From the NCBI GenBank assembly GCA_964035545.1, contig OZ037771.1, positions 3,111,628 to 3,175,627 of the forward strand: a DNA stretch of 64,000 nt, given 5' to 3'. A model generated the notes under the pieces. It was not told where the DNA came from. It saw only the letters and a list, made by a program, of their open reading frames with translations, and searched no databases. This document shows, piece by piece, positions 36,771 to 52,100 of the stretch. The translations under genes were made by a program, and so were the position numbers. The stretch's first letter is position 1. Each line of letters opens with the position of its first letter. Source of the DNA: Bugula neritina. Its lineage: Eukaryota > Animalia > Bryozoa.

Positions 36771-39249
36771 CTACTGAGAAACATCTACACAATCGCCATC
36801 CTCGATATCTAGAGATAAGGGGGTGTCAGTTTTAGACAATTCCTCGCCATCGAAATAGAAAGTTAGTTTAGAAACACCTACTTTTTTTTCTTCAGCATAT
36901 TTCTCCATCAGGACACCTGCAAGAAACAAGAGATGTCTACAATTTAATGAATGAAAATTGGTATGAAATAAAAACTAATACGATTGAAGCAAGTACATAT
37001 TTCGAAAATAAATTAACACATACATTTTGAATGTTACTTTAACTTACAATATAGTTGTTTATGATAAAGGATTAGAAAATCATGGACTTAAAAGTTATAC
37101 ATTATTTGAGTAGATCAGTACATTGCGTTATACCACACTCACTCATAGGTTCATCATCGTGCATGGCTACATTTACAAAGTCTCTGTACCCTCCCTTGCC
37201 CTGAACTTTGATGGTGATAGTACTAGAACTAGAAGGCAGCTGTTGAGGCTCTGATAGTATGTACGCTTCTATGGTATCGGCCACAGTAAGTCCTAGTAGA
37301 GACAAGGCACAAATATAACACCATAATAAATAAACTGACACAAGAAAGCTGCTTACACCAAGTATGCACATGAGTTCTCTTGTTATCAAATGAAATTGCT
37401 AACAATGACTCAAATAGCAAATATATAAAACACTGAGTAATAAATGAAGAGACTGAACTAACCGAGTGACTTGACTGTGTCGTCCTCCGCGATGGCATAA
37501 TCATTAAAGAAGAGAGAGATTTTCGACACCTCCGTACACTCCTTTGCTGCTACACTCTGTCTCAGGTGTTGCAGTCTGTCTGTGAGTTTCATCTGATAGC
37601 GCTCAATGCCAGACGGCATACGGACTCGCACCTGGGAATATGCAGTGAAATCTCAAAATGAAAGCACAATGAAAAACACAAACTATATTATAAAACTTGA
37701 GTGAAACAGAAATACTGTGAAGATCATGTCCTTCATATCCAGTAAAAAAAACAAAGAAGGATACTGGTTCCTTCAAGACGCTGTAAAAGACAAGAATATA
37801 CATCTTAAACTCAACCAATCACATAAGTACAGGTCCAAAAGGAAAGGCAGACATATATGCATATAATACTGCTATACAACAAAGAACTCTGCTCATAGAC
37901 CGGCCAGTACTAATGCTAGTGCGTTCAGTCACATCCTATTGTGTAAATTACCTTAATACTGTTACTGATAGCTACAACTGGAGAGCTCCCGAAATCTTGA
38001 TGGTCTGTTTCCTGGCAGACTTCCTCAGTCTGAGAACAGATCTCTACGAGCTTGTTCAACGCAGCCCGTGTACCTACATATACATAGTTACAAGATGATC
38101 AGATAGTTATAAATTAGATCTAAAGCTAACTTTTCAAAAGACAACATAGAGTAATATTTCAATAAAAACTTGCACAAATCATTTTAGTAGAGAACTTAAA
38201 CCTTGATCAGGCAATATACCCACACATATACAACATTCAGTACCCACACATATATAACAGTCTCTACACACACACACATACAGTAGTCTCTACACACCGT
38301 TGTTTAGTCTGTGTGGTTTGGAAGGCATCTGTGCAGGAGGAGGCGGGGAGGGCGGGTCCTCATCCTCAGTTGTTGACTGTTTTCGTGTTGCTGGAACTAA
38401 GTCTACCTCAGCATCCACAGCTTGTAGATCTGAATCATCTAGGTTCACCTGAGACCAGAACACAATGTGAGAAGAAACTTGATGAGTCACCAGAAAATTA
38501 CACTAAACTCTAAAGCATGATTTAAAAAGAAAAAAATAGGGTGAGTACAACCAAAAGTGCTTCTAATGATTATTGAGATGTTACAATAAAGAAAAGAATT
38601 TGCACTTCTTAGTCTCATTTTTCATTCGAATTCATTACTCTTACTTTCACCAGGCTTTTCACATGTTTATTGAATACAGTTTATTCATTGCAACACTCAA
38701 AGAAAGCAGAGTTGGAACAGCTGAATGCTTACCACATCTGCATGCTCCTCGAGCTGTGACGTGGGTGATAGGTTGTGAGTAGCGGATGTGGATTCGATGC
38801 TCACTTCAACATTGCCTAAAGTATTTCATTAAACACTGCAGAGATAGTAAATATCAGTAGTTTAACTACTAAACATGACTTGCAAACAATAAAATTATTT
38901 TTTGCATAAATTATACATCTATATATATATAAATAAATATGTATATGTATATGTTCTTAGTAATATAAGTTCAAAAATGTAAGGCCAAAGTTTTACGCTA
39001 CAATATATGTTTTTACTAAAAAATCCATTGACGCTCTGCTAAACCTGTAAATGCCAGAATCGCAGCTGAATAGCAAAAGCATGTCGAACTTCTGACCTTA
39101 ATAATTGACCTTTTGAACTCACCTGTCAGCAAATTGTTGAAGGTGCTGCTTACAGACTGGTCATACACATCAGCAACATCGGTTGAGGCATCATCTGGGG
39201 GTGGTGTGGTCAGTCGTTTCCTTCTTCGTTTAGCTTGAGTTTCGGCCAT
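36771..39249 (-). CDS. NFATC2IP: NFATC2-interacting protein / Rad60-Esc2-NIP45 (RENi) family, two C-terminal SUMO-like domains, about 296 aa, 6 exons
   Basis: Minus-strand exons 39249-39097, 38448-38298, 38073-37952, 37631-37463, 37292-37143, 36916-36771 (891 nt, in frame). Basic N-terminus KRRRKR, a PPSPPPP segment, SLD1 ending TVKSLGLTVADTIE, SLD2 ending FYFDGEELSKTDTPLSLDIEDGDCVDV. Confidence 0.85.
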
Positions 39250-41805
39250 TATAGCAGTCCACAGGTATCCCGTAGATTCTGCAGTCTGAGTATTCTTACT
39301 AGCTGAGCTTATAGTTTTAGCTAAAAAACGCCAAAAAGTTAAGACCTGTTTATAATTATTTGCTACGAGTATGAGGATGTATTTAAAAAAATGTTCGTGT
39401 ATAACAATAGCTTTGTATGACTATTAGTATTCTATAGTCTATACTATACACTGCTTTATCAACAATCAAGTTCAACATTGAAATCTTTAAAGTTATACCT
39501 TTAAATTTTATAAGTATAACCTAAACTATAAACTTAAACTTGTATTAAATCCATTAAACTAATATTAACAATTAGATTATCAAAATTATTATGAAATGAT
39601 TATTATGATTAATATCAATATGAATATAAATGCAAAATAAGAATATAGACAATATATTATTAATTATGATTATGAAATATAAAATATTTTAAAGTTGATA
39701 ATGATAAGTCATAAACTAAAACTCAAACTCAAACTGAAACTTGAAGTTTGAATAGCTGTGCCAGTTGTCTGTTAGTGTTACTGTTAGACATAACTAGTAA
39801 CTACCACCAAGTACACCTATCCGGTAGAAAATTTAAGTTAAAAACAGATGGATACAAAAATCAGTAAACTTTAATTACAAATCATTATTAGTATACAGCA
39901 TATACAATACCATTGGTACTTTGTTTGGCTAAGCAACTGCAATGATTTAAAATTTATCCTGGCAATGGTTACTTTTTTATCCTTGACATAGACCAATTTC
40001 TTGAAAACTAGTAGCTTTTGTTTAGCTCTCCTGGATATGTATAAAAAGTATAAAGATTTGGGCTATGTCACATGGTTCAAGGTTAAACTGCATCATTCAC
40101 ATTGTACTGCATGCATCAAGGATAATCTAAAAGTATATCAGTGATTATGATAAGCATAATTATATAATTATATTGGTGCATCTGTAATCTCACGCAAGTT
40201 GGTGCACCTGTAATATAGTAACAAATTAAAATTGTTCTTTGTGCTATGTATAAATTTTAGACATACACAATTTTGGCGAAGATTAGAAATAGATGTAGTT
40301 GACTAGTTGTACTTCAACTTTTAGTTTTAGTACTAGTAGGAGTAGAGCTCCCAGTGCATGATTTATTGATTATGATGATAATTTATATCATGGTGATGAT
40401 GATGATCATGATCATGACGAAAAACTGGTGCACATGCCATTCGTCTTAGATTGATATCCGTTCATCACTATGAGTATGAGCATGAATATGTTAATGAGTC
40501 ATGACTATCAGACTGAGACTCAGTATCACTATCAATACAGTATGAGTATGAGTATGACTATCACTATGAGAATATTGTACATAATGATGATGATTATCGC
40601 TATGATCATGTTGTTTATAATTTTTTTATAATGTAAATAATTACAATATCAAAATAATTGATAATGATACAATAATTGATGATAATCATAATGAATTTCT
40701 AATTATTATAAATTTTAAGGAAATTAACATTTTATTCTTACAGTCAATGTTATACTTATACTTATACTTATAGTTATGCTTATAGTGATAGACATATTTT
40801 ATATTTGAAATAATAATGTTGATCATCTAATCATGTGCAACACATTTGACTATGTAAATGCTGATAGGATTATCATAATTATAGGTATAATTTAAAATTA
40901 TTGTGTTTCTGTAATAAAAAATATTTTATTGCTCTTGGTATGTGCTAAGAGTAGGAGCAAGGGCAATGGTAAATAGTATTGTTATAATGTGATTTTGCTT
41001 GTTGTATCTTATAACTTGAAGTTAAATTCTATGACGCAACTTGTCTTCTCATAATATAGTTAGTTGCTATACAATCATTCTATGCATATAAGTTGTTGGT
41101 AATTACTTTAGTTATGTCTTCTTGTAGATGTACTAACTCTCGACTATTGGGACATCTACTTGAATTGTGATCTTGTAAGAGAAGCGAGTTTAGTAAGCTT
41201 TTAGTAGAACTCCTGGCAGCTACCTCAATGTCAGTTTCTTGGCCGTTATAAGGGTAGGTAAAGTTCTTGTAGAGAATGGGTCTGCTGAAGACATGCATAA
41301 AATCTCTTTACTCAGCAATGATGGTCAGAAGGATTAGGAGTATGACCTTTGCTATAAGTATATATGTGTGTGTGCGAGTGTACGTTTGAGAGAAGGACAT
41401 GCATGTAATCTATACGTAAAGTGGTTCAAAATCTAAGAACAAAGTGGTGTAAAGCTACAACTTTTAATACAATGCAATGATCTTAGATCTTGAAGGAAAT
41501 GTTGAAGTCAGAATATTAAACTTCGTATATCTGTCACAGTAATATAACTATTAGTATAAACAGTATATATAACAAGTGAGGTCTACTTTATCATATAAGT
41601 AGAACTGGTATGCTTATGCTATTAGTCTATGGTTATGTTCATCAATCAAGACTAAGGCTTTTGCAAACATTTTCTCAATGGTCAGCAATGAAAAATATCC
41701 TACATCATTTGTTTTTACAAAAGGCTTTCTTGCAAGCTTTACCTGCTATACCTGTAAAAGAGGCCAGTGCTCAAAGTCTGGAAAAATCTTTAAATATATA
41801 TATGT

Positions 41806-41821
41806 CTACTACTACTACTAT

Positions 41822-41907
<86 letters not shown>

Positions 41908-41958
41908 TTACTGCTACTGCTGCTGCTACTGCTGCTACTAATACTACTACTACTACTC
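41806..41958 (+). repeat. (ACT)n/(GCT)n microsatellite
   Basis: Long ACT run with ATT and GCT interruptions. Confidence 0.95.
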
Positions 41959-42526
41959 TAGTAAACTACTATCGCTGCATTTTTATATAACTATCTGCCA
42001 GAAATAGCTATCAATGGCTAATAAATTATTGAAGCAATTTAATTATTTTGTAGGGTAAACTTTATATTATAATGCAATAGCTTGCACAGACCCAACAGTT
42101 ATTCATCAAATAAAATGTCCAACTCTGTCTAAAATGAATGGTTCTTCAATGGATATTTGATAGAGTATATTTGTATTTGCAAATAAGTGTCTCTATTTTT
42201 AGTATATTATTACATTTATTACAGGCTCAAGCAAGTTATTGACAAAAGTTTTTTATCTATTTATATTATGTATCTTAACTTTTAGGCTTGTAACTTTTAT
42301 TTATTTTTTATTTTACATGTAAAATATATTTAGACATTGCTAAGTATATTACTTCTTCGAAATCAACAGTTGTCAATTTATTTCTGTGACTGGAAGTTTA
42401 TATTGTATAGAAAATTTTTTAAAGCCTTCATTTGGCAGAGTTTGATATTTTTAAATATGTTGGTTTTAATTTTAGGCGGTTTATTTTTATATAAAGATGC
42501 AGTGAGTTGCTGGTGGAACATTCCAG

Positions 42527-42683
42527 ATGGAATTTCTGGACGGCGTCAAGCTGAAACCTAGACATTCCAGGTTCGAGAGGTTTCGGCGTCGAGTTAGGAA
42601 ACTTCTAAGCCAATCAAAAGCTGCCACAGCAACAGAAACCATTCCTCTATTCGACAGCTGTGAACAGCAGCAGGTAAAACTTG
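42527..42683 (+). CDS. Candidate upstream or alternative first coding exon of the P4-ATPase
   Basis: GC-richer island with an open frame MEFLDGVKLKPRHSRFERFRRRVRKLLSQ... ending at a gtaagt donor (42684). An in-phase join to the next exon needs a weak AAG acceptor at 43166, so the join is unresolved. Confidence 0.4.
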
Positions 42684-43195
42684 GTAAGTGATACTCAGAC
42701 TATAATCAACTCTCTGCTTTACTCAAACTTTTGTTTTCAAGCATTTTTATATTTTATCACAATGTTGTTATAAAAATATATAATTTAGTTGTATTTGTCA
42801 ATATTTTGTAGTTTAGGGCAAAAAATCATATATATTAGCAGCTAAACTGCTAAAAATAACTAAAAAATGGAGATATCGAGTGTGTAATAGATTTAGTAAC
42901 ATAACGCATTTACAATGTTATACATGTATCATAATGTTATATATTATAATGTTATATATCATAATGTTATGTATCAGAATGAAAATAGCATGTACAATTG
43001 TTTATTAAATTCCTGGTATGTTGTTGAATTCTAGTTTAAAGTGAAAGATAATTATTGCATAGTTTGTAAGAGCAACATTTTTCTACTTTATGCCTAACAA
43101 TGGTAGAAGTGAAATACATGTTTAGATAGTTAGCAATGGCTCTGTTTACAATGCTCACTTGGTAAGGCTTTGGTGTGTTACTGTACAATGCTAGA

Positions 43196-46100
43196 ATGCC
43201 CAAGTTCAAAATTCCAGGCAAAGGCAAAAGTACGAACAGTCTAAGTCGGCCCCATCGCGACGTTGTCATCGGAGAGCCAGATGTTCAGGGTAGATTCGCT
43301 GGAAACCAGATCAGGTCAGTGAAAGTGGCAACGAGCTCTGGCATCTTCTAAGTCAGCGCTCGGGTTTAATCTATTTTCTAGCTGTTATGTTGTAATAACT
43401 GTACAAGTATATTATTCATTCTAGATTGTAATGAACGAGTGAGTTATTCTATATTGTAATGAACTATTGAATTATTCTAAATTGTAGCACTGGAAAATAC
43501 AACTTCTTCACATTTATTCCAAGATTTCTCTTCGAACAGTTTAGAAAGTATGCCAACATATTCTTCCTCTTCATATCCTGCTTGCAGGTAGGTCATCTAT
43601 TCTACGTAATGACCTTGACCTTTAGCATGCGGTGAAGATCACGTCATATGATGACAGTTCAGCCACCTCCACACATGTCCGTTCACATGTTTAACTCTAT
43701 CATTAGCACTTTATAATGATAGTTGGTAACCTTCACCAGGCTAATGAACTGTAGACTAACATATTCACTATAATCACAAGATGCACATTATGATTAACAT
43801 GTTTTCATCTAGTCAGTTCCTTTACAAACTGATGATTCTACAGCCACTTACTAGTAATAATACGATATATGGTGATACAAATGTAGTGGGAGACTGCATA
43901 GGGGGGAGGGGAGGGGGACTGCATAGGGGGGAGGGGAGGGGGACTGCATAGGGGGAGGGGAGGGGGACTGCATAGGGGGAGGGGAGGGGGACTGCATAGG
44001 GGGAGGGGGTCTCATTACGTAATCTCATATTGCTGATAGCATCATCATCTGACTGCAGTAGTTGCATCTCTGTTTATACAATACTTAGTCACATGTTATA
44101 TGATGAAGGAAATAGTATGCTGGTGGTAGGGTTAGAACCCTTACAGCATCAGCTGAGCAGTGGAGAGTTACCCTTTACCCTCTACTCTATAAGCCACTAT
44201 ATGTTGGTGATTAGTAATATAAGGCATATGTAGACTCATGTGGGTTTATAGTCGCCATTCCTGTGAGAAACCCTGTCGGTAAAGGGTTTTTTAAAGCGAG
44301 CTAAGGACTTATTTTCTATTGATGCAAAGAAAGTTTCTTCTCAAATTACCATCACTAATGTCCTTTACTTAGGTTTACTGAGCCAACGCTCTAATCACTA
44401 GACCACTGCTGCACTCTATAAAGCATATGTTGTGCATAGTATAAAGTATACGCGTCATTATAATGTGTGTTTATAAAATGTTACAGCAAATTCCAGGAGT
44501 GTCGCCGACGGGCCGGTACACCACTGTCGTACCCCTAGTCTTTATACTTATACTCTCTGCACTTAAAGAGCTTGTTGAAGATATTGTGAGTACTTGTCTT
44601 AATATTTATACTCCATCATGTGAAGTGAGTTTATTCAACATTGTCTTTCACCAAACATAATTTCAATTGTTTGCCTTAAGGTTTACGCTGTTATCCGTTC
44701 TAGTATGAGAAGTGTGTACTATTAAATAATGTGAATGTAATAAAGTTGTCGAAAATCAAATTTGAAGAAAATAAACTTCAAATCGTCTAAAGCACCCTGA
44801 AATTAAAAAAGCAACTTTGAAAATATAAGAAATATAAAAGTTAGAGAAATATATAGTTGGCTTTGTTTAAGCAAATAAAGATATATGCAATGCTGTGTTG
44901 TATAATCAAATGATATATATAAGAATCAATAGTTTAGTAGTATTAATAGAGAGTTATACGTCTGCAATTTATCAGCTATAAGATATGATATTAACAGCTT
45001 GCGTGTAATCTTTACCCAAATCTAATTAGCTGCTCTAAAACTACCAAATCAAGCACCACTCTAGCAGCATGAACTAGGCCATCTTTATCGGCCTCCATGT
45101 TTTTGACTTGTGTACATCTTGTCACTACAGCAAGCAGCATATGCTGGTATTATTCACATAGCTGAGGTTGAATACGAACACTCAGCTCAGCTGTGCAGTG
45201 TATGATGAAATTCTCTATTGCTAATGTGTACAGTTTTATAACATGTGATAATATAGGACTACAGCATTAGGGTTCTTCATTCAATGCTTTCACACTCTCA
45301 CCACCTGTTTTTAGTAAGTCAAATCTCCAATTAAGTTACAAGTATTATTAATAGTCGTAACTTGTACGTTTATTGCACATTTTAATTGTAATACAAATGG
45401 ATTAGGTGAACTTTCACTCAAGCAAATGCTGATTTCTACTGTGAAGGGGACAATATGATGTAACACAGCGAGTGCAAGTTTTTTTTATTCAAATTAAATG
45501 CTCTATTAGAATAACAGTCACCTGGCACAACCCACAAGCCTATTTCGTTCAATCGTGACGCAGTATTGTGTCTATCCATTTATATATGTATAGTCCTTGC
45601 TTGTTGCTGTAGAAACGACACACAGAAGATTCAAAGGTGAATAACTCCAAAGTGCTGGGTGAGTGAACTCCCCACCCCTCTTTACTATAATTATGGTACT
45701 TAACTATGTAGAGGTTGACTATTGTTCCCTGTTTCGCCTTATATTTTCATATCTGGGCATTTTTCAAATGTTTTAAAGCCTTTGTTCTATTAGAAATTCT
45801 TTTGAGTGAAGAAAGCTGCTATGGAAATCAGTCTACACTTCTACTTTTATATCACTATCTATTTGTCTACCCCTCTATATTCTCATCTACCTGTATACAC
45901 TCCTGTTCTCCTACTAATTTAGTTCTCAAAGGTAAACAGTGGGTTACTGTGAAATGGAGAGATCTCAAAGTTGGTGATATGATAAAACTTACTGACGGCT
46001 CCTTGATACCAGCCGACACACTTCTACTCTCTTCTTCTGAACCCCAGGCTATAGCCTATATTCAGACTGCAAACTTGGATGGGGAGACAAACCTAAAAAT

Positions 46101-49100
46101 ACGCAAGGTGAGGTTATATTATACAATATACTGTACACACTATACAATATACTGTACATACTATACAATATACTGTACATACTATACAACATACCACACG
46201 CTGATATCTTGTATTACTATACATATAAATGTTTATAATTAAGAAGAAACATATAACTAAGTGTAACCTCTATATTCATGATATCTACAAACAAGATAAG
46301 ATTTATCTGCTTGTGCTCGCAGGGTGTGAGCCTCACTGCCAATGTGCTAACTGCTGCAGAACTGGCTGACCTCAAAGGTCACGTAGAGTATGAGGCACCC
46401 AACAGATATCTATACGACTTTATCGGTACCATATACTTGGGCGATCGTCCGTAAGTTACGGTTATTTGTATTTGTATTGATATTTTAGAGTTTAGTCTAT
46501 TCCTATTTTGCCTCAGTCTCGGTTTGCCAATGATAGAGTTACTTAGCATGAGAACTAGTTACTTAGCATGAGAACTAGTTGCTTGGCATGAGAACTAGTT
46601 GCTTGGCATGATTAGTAGTATTCATTCATTTACAATCGGAGAACAAGTGACCTGGCCAGTCTAATTTTAAAAAAGAAGACGATCCTTGGCACTGCTTACT
46701 ATTTCAACCTTTCTAAGTGTTTACAACTTCAGTTATATCAACTAGTAATGTTATTTCCTTGTTCACGTTCAGCGGGTTACCACTTGGACCCAGCGAACTG
46801 CTCCTCAGAGGGTCTAAGTTACAGAACACTTCCTGGGTGTTTGGTTTAGTGATCTACACCGGAGAGGAGAGCAAACTCAGACTAAACAGCGTGAAGACGC
46901 CCTTAAAGAGATCACACGTGGAGAAGCTCACCAACATCCAGGTAATTTCTCTTACAGTATGACTTGGGATCTCGCATAATGAATCATTTCCAGTGTAGCT
47001 TTAGTGTTCATTGGTTTGGTTTTCACGGCTGATTTAATTATTTGAGATATTTGCTTTGCATAAGGCAGGTTTACAGCTAAGGCTACAACTATCAAAACTT
47101 TCTCAACATCAAAATATGCCTAACCAGTTATATAATTCTAAGCACTTGTTTCATGGTTTACTTTTCCAATAATTTTTTGTGTGAAACAATAGAGTTGTCA
47201 CCTCTTTCTAGTGATTTATACACTCGACATAGTATCACTATATTAACATGTAACTTGGGATGTGGCCATATCAGTAGCCCTGCTGTCATGCTGCTGTCTC
47301 TGTTATTCCGGAATATTCCACAGATTCTGCTGCTGTTTGGAACTCTACTTCTACTCAGCATTCTCACTTCTGTTGCTAACTTCTTGTGGAACTCGAAGAA
47401 CGAGAAAGGCACTTGGTACTTTGAGTGGGACGGTATGTTGCTCAAGTTTAACTTGTCGTCTTTTTTTCACGCCATGTTCTACTTTGTAGTTCAAGCAGCT
47501 TAATTTCTTTCAGTATTATCAGCTTGCCATTTTCAATTAGTACTGGTTTGATATTTGCCGTTGATATACATCCCCGTTTAAACATGATGGCTTTGTTGTA
47601 GTAATTCGATGAATCGGTGTTTACCTAAATTTTTACAGCTTCTAGTAAATAAAGCTTATACATAGCACATGCTATTATTTTCTAGCAAACACTAAACAGC
47701 AGTTAAGAAGATGTCATTTCATGAGATTTTTATTGCAAATATGGTGTGTAGCCTAATGGTAGCCATTTAATTTAGATCTTGGTCACAGTTAAAACAGTGT
47801 TCTAATACTCCAGTTTGCTAAATTGAAGTATAATTAGTTTGTAGATTTTGTGTTACTTTTTATCAGAAATTGAGTAATGATTCAATTGTGTTTTAGTTTC
47901 GTCTTTCATCCTCCAGTTCCTCACGTACGTTATACTCTACAACAACCTCATTCCCATCAGTCTTCAAGTCACTCTTGAGTTTGTCAAGTTTGTCCAGGCG
48001 TTCTACATAAACTGGGACGAGGACATGTACTACAAGGAGATTGACTGCCCCGCAGTCGCCCGCACCAGCAATCTCAACGAGGAGCTCGGCCAGGTTGAGT
48101 TCTCGAATTTGTTGTTTATGCGAAAAGATAACTCCTGTTAGGTGGCCTTTGCAAAATGTAATCTAGAAGTACAAATAATTCCACACAACTATCATTACAC
48201 AAACTTTTAGTTGAAGGGAGTTGTCTTCTTTATTGGAGGCTACAATTCGAATCTGTTACAAAAACTGACTTCACGTTTTAATATTCACCAGTTATAATAA
48301 AAAAGTTTTCTTAAATTATTGTTAGAATTTAGCAAAAACTAACTGTAATTAAATGCTGATTATTAAATAAAATAATTACTAATAAATTTTCTGTTGTCCA
48401 GTTTCAAAACATTCGCCTGCAGCATGAATAAAAAGCAGCAGAGCCTTATTAGTCAAGTTTCTATAACACTGTCTGTTTAAGATAAATCTATTTATTGCAG
48501 ATAAAACATCTGTTCTCAGATAAAACTGGCACACTGACAAGGAATGTGATGGAGTTTAAAGGGTGCACAGTGAATGGCACTGTGTATAGGTTAGTAGGAT
48601 GTATTATTAGTCAGTTCTTACTGGATATCGAATATGTTTCCACTATGAACTTGATCAGCTGGTCACTCAATACAAAGACTCATTTTGCTATGAATTTACT
48701 CCTTGGCTAGTTTATTTACCCACTAGTCTTATTAATCCATTCTTAATTGGATAATTGAGCCTAGTTTATCAACTAGACCTGACTAAACCGAAATTCCAGT
48801 CTGGTTAGTTGTAATTCTTCAGCTGACTGATGTGTGTATATACTTTCTATAATTTCTGCGTTGCACAATTTCTATGTATATCATATCTGCATATAACATA
48901 TCTGCATATAGCATATATCTGCATATAATGTATCTGCATACAACGTCTGCGTATAATGAAATGAGATGAGGTTATCAACAAATGACTGATTTTTTATTAA
49001 CTTTATTATAGTGGAACTTTTAAAATCTCGTTGTGGTTGAAAAATTTGCACTGCATTATACTAGATAAGATAAATTTATGCTGTCAGCTGTCTACCACGT

Positions 49101-52100
49101 TATATGGTGTTGCAGGGATGATGTATCCAATGATGACTCACTCAGACTGAGGGATCTCAAAGACAGAGTTGGAGAGAAACATGTGAGCTTTTCCTCTTCA
49201 CAGTTTTCTTCTACTATAATTGTTTTTGTTGAAATGTAGAGATCATGTTGGGAATTTTCATTATGTAGTTCCCATGTTGTATTTCCAAGATATATAGGTT
49301 ATGTGTTCACTTGAGCGTGATTGAATACTGCTACCACCTGGTAATAACCTTTGGTTTTTATTATGTGTGATATCTATGTTCTACAATAATTATATTTTAT
49401 CAAATTATATATCAGGAAGACGCTAAAAAGATTCAAGAGTTTATGAAGTTTCTGGCAGTGTGCCATACGGTCGTACCTGAACGTAAAGATAATGGAGAAT
49501 ATGTGTACCAGGCATCTTCACCAGGTGACTGCTATGTTTATACGGTATACAGTGTTATACAGTATTATTATACTGTCTAGTGCAGAGTATAACTATACAA
49601 TATGCAGTTGTACTATACATTATGCAGTATTACTTTATATTGGAGAGTATTATTGGATACACTATATACTATACAGCTCACAGTAACACTTCACAGTATG
49701 CAGTATTATAATACATTAATACTATATGCTATATAATACACAGTATTATTGTACACTATATAATATACATATACAGTAATACTATATACTATATAGATAC
49801 ATTATAGACTAGAATTTATTCTTTAGATGAAGCAGCTCTGGTCTCCGGTGTTCAAAAACTTGGCTGGCAGTTCACAGAGCGTACCCCTGACACTGTCACT
49901 ATCAAACAGGTGTGTGTGGTGCTATGTTTGTGTGGTAGTCATAACAACTAGCTCAGCGTGGTAGTCATGGCAACCATTTCAAGATGGCAGCCATGGTAAC
50001 TGTTGTTTGTGTAGTTGCTGCAGAAACTATCATTATTTCAATCAATATTTTAGAGTATTATTCTACTAGCTGTAGTGATCACTGTGTATATACTGTATAC
50101 AGTCAGTTCTGCTAACCCCAGTTTTAATGCCGTTTTCTCACACAGTATTACAACTACTTTCTTTATGTTAGACAAGGTTGCTCATGGTGCTTGACTCGTT
50201 TCAGAATGGAAAGGATGAGACCTACGACTTGCTCAATGTCATAGACTTTACGAGTGATCGCAAAAGGATGTCGGTTATCGTGAAGGATAGGAAAGGGGTC
50301 ATCAAGCTGATGTGCAAAGGGGCTGTATGTTTCACACTTCTACTACCTCCTAGTATAGTTTATACAGCTGTGTGTATATTTACTTTTAATTCAATTTGTT
50401 TTAATTGTATATATTTCATCTGTTAATTCATACTGAGGCGAAATCAAAGCCTTAGATTGTGAGTAGCAAGGCATTCCTTCTATGTTTTAACAATTAAATG
50501 CATTTCAAATAAATTAGTTTTTTTTTTATTCACAACTTTGTTTAGCTGACAACTATACCTAAAACAATATTTCATTTAATATTATTTTCATTATTCTCTG
50601 GGTTATTTAAGTTTGAAATTATAAGTTTGGGTGGTCTCACTAGCGCCCGCAGCCCACCTGGCACACTGCGTTGGTTACTAGACTAACCCTCCATCTTGTC
50701 ACAGGACTCGGTGATATTTGAAAGACTCAAGTCTAACCAACCAGGTGTGAGAGAAATCGAGAGTCACCTGCAAGACTTTGCTCAAGTCGGACTCAGAACC
50801 CTCTGTCTGGCTCAACGAGTCTTGACTTCTTCTGAATACGAGGAGTGGAATACCAAGTAGGAGTTGTCTTTTCTCTATGTTATTATACCTAGCTGCTTGC
50901 GCCATGTAGGAGTTGTCTTTTCTCTATGTTAGTTGCTAATACTTAGCTGGTTGTAACATTTAGCAGTTTTCTTACTTGTAGCCGGTCTTAAACTCGTCTT
51001 GCAGTGTAGGGCTCAATATCTTTGTTCAATGTATTTCTCTAATATCTTGAAAAAATGTTGGATATTGAAACAATTTTTTGGATATTTTCTTTGGACTCCT
51101 GTGTTCTACTTTGATTAGAGTTTGAGTATTAAATAATAGTCATACAACTAATTTCATTATATAATACAATAGTATCATTTATATGTTGCATGTTGCGTAT
51201 TATATGCTATATGTTACATATTATATACTGTATGCTGTGTTATATATTATATTGTTGGACTTGTGATATACCACCAGGTTTCATGAGGCCAGCTGTGCAC
51301 TGAATAACCGGGAAGGGCTGGTCAGTGAAGCAGCCGAACTGATAGAACAGGAACTGACTCTAATTGGAGCCACGGCTATCGAGGACAAACTGCAAGAGGT
51401 TATATCACTGCATTACTGTTATTTGAGTGTTGTGTTTTTTCATACCTTTTATCTCCATGCATCCTGTAATTATATAAATATACAAGTGAGCATGTGCATA
51501 TATGTTAATTGTATGTATAGAGCATTGGAAGAATTTATCGGTTTTCAGTTTTTTAAAAACATAAATTTTTGATTTTAAATTTGGCAGTCATTCTTTTTTC
51601 TAAGAATAATATAAGTTTCTGGTAATGCCATATCTCTAAGAATTGTATCGATACGCCATATCCCTAAACTAAGCCGTACATCCGATATACTCTTGCTTTA
51701 GTTTTTTGTTCTTGTTATCTTTTTTTGGTTTTTCATGTTTATTTTTCTTGTCATTTTTCTTGACATTTTTTCATCAGTTATTAATGGCATGTTTATTATG
51801 TAATACTAAACACAAGTTGTACATGCTGCTATCTATCTAACCTACCCCCTAAATGCTTGCTACTAATACACTCCTGCTCTGCTCACTAATTCCTTCAACT
51901 CTGACTGTGCCTGGTGGTGTGTAGGGTGTCCCAGACTGCATTGCTAGCTTGATGAAAGCCGACATCAAAATATGGGTGCTAACCGGTGATAAACAGGAAA
52001 CGGCTATTAACATCGGTACGTCTGCTAACAGTCTGCTGCTAATCTCTTCAAACTGCGCTTATTAAACCTTTCAAGTGAAAACTGCATGATTTTAACCAGT

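Noticed and set aside
37603-37818. Extra NFATC2IP exon beginning at the acceptor-like site near 37781
   Set aside because: In the required phase it hits a stop codon. The flanking exons join in frame without it.
41610-41990. Poly-Thr and poly-Tyr ORFs
   Set aside because: These are translations of the (ACT)n microsatellite, with no splice or domain support.
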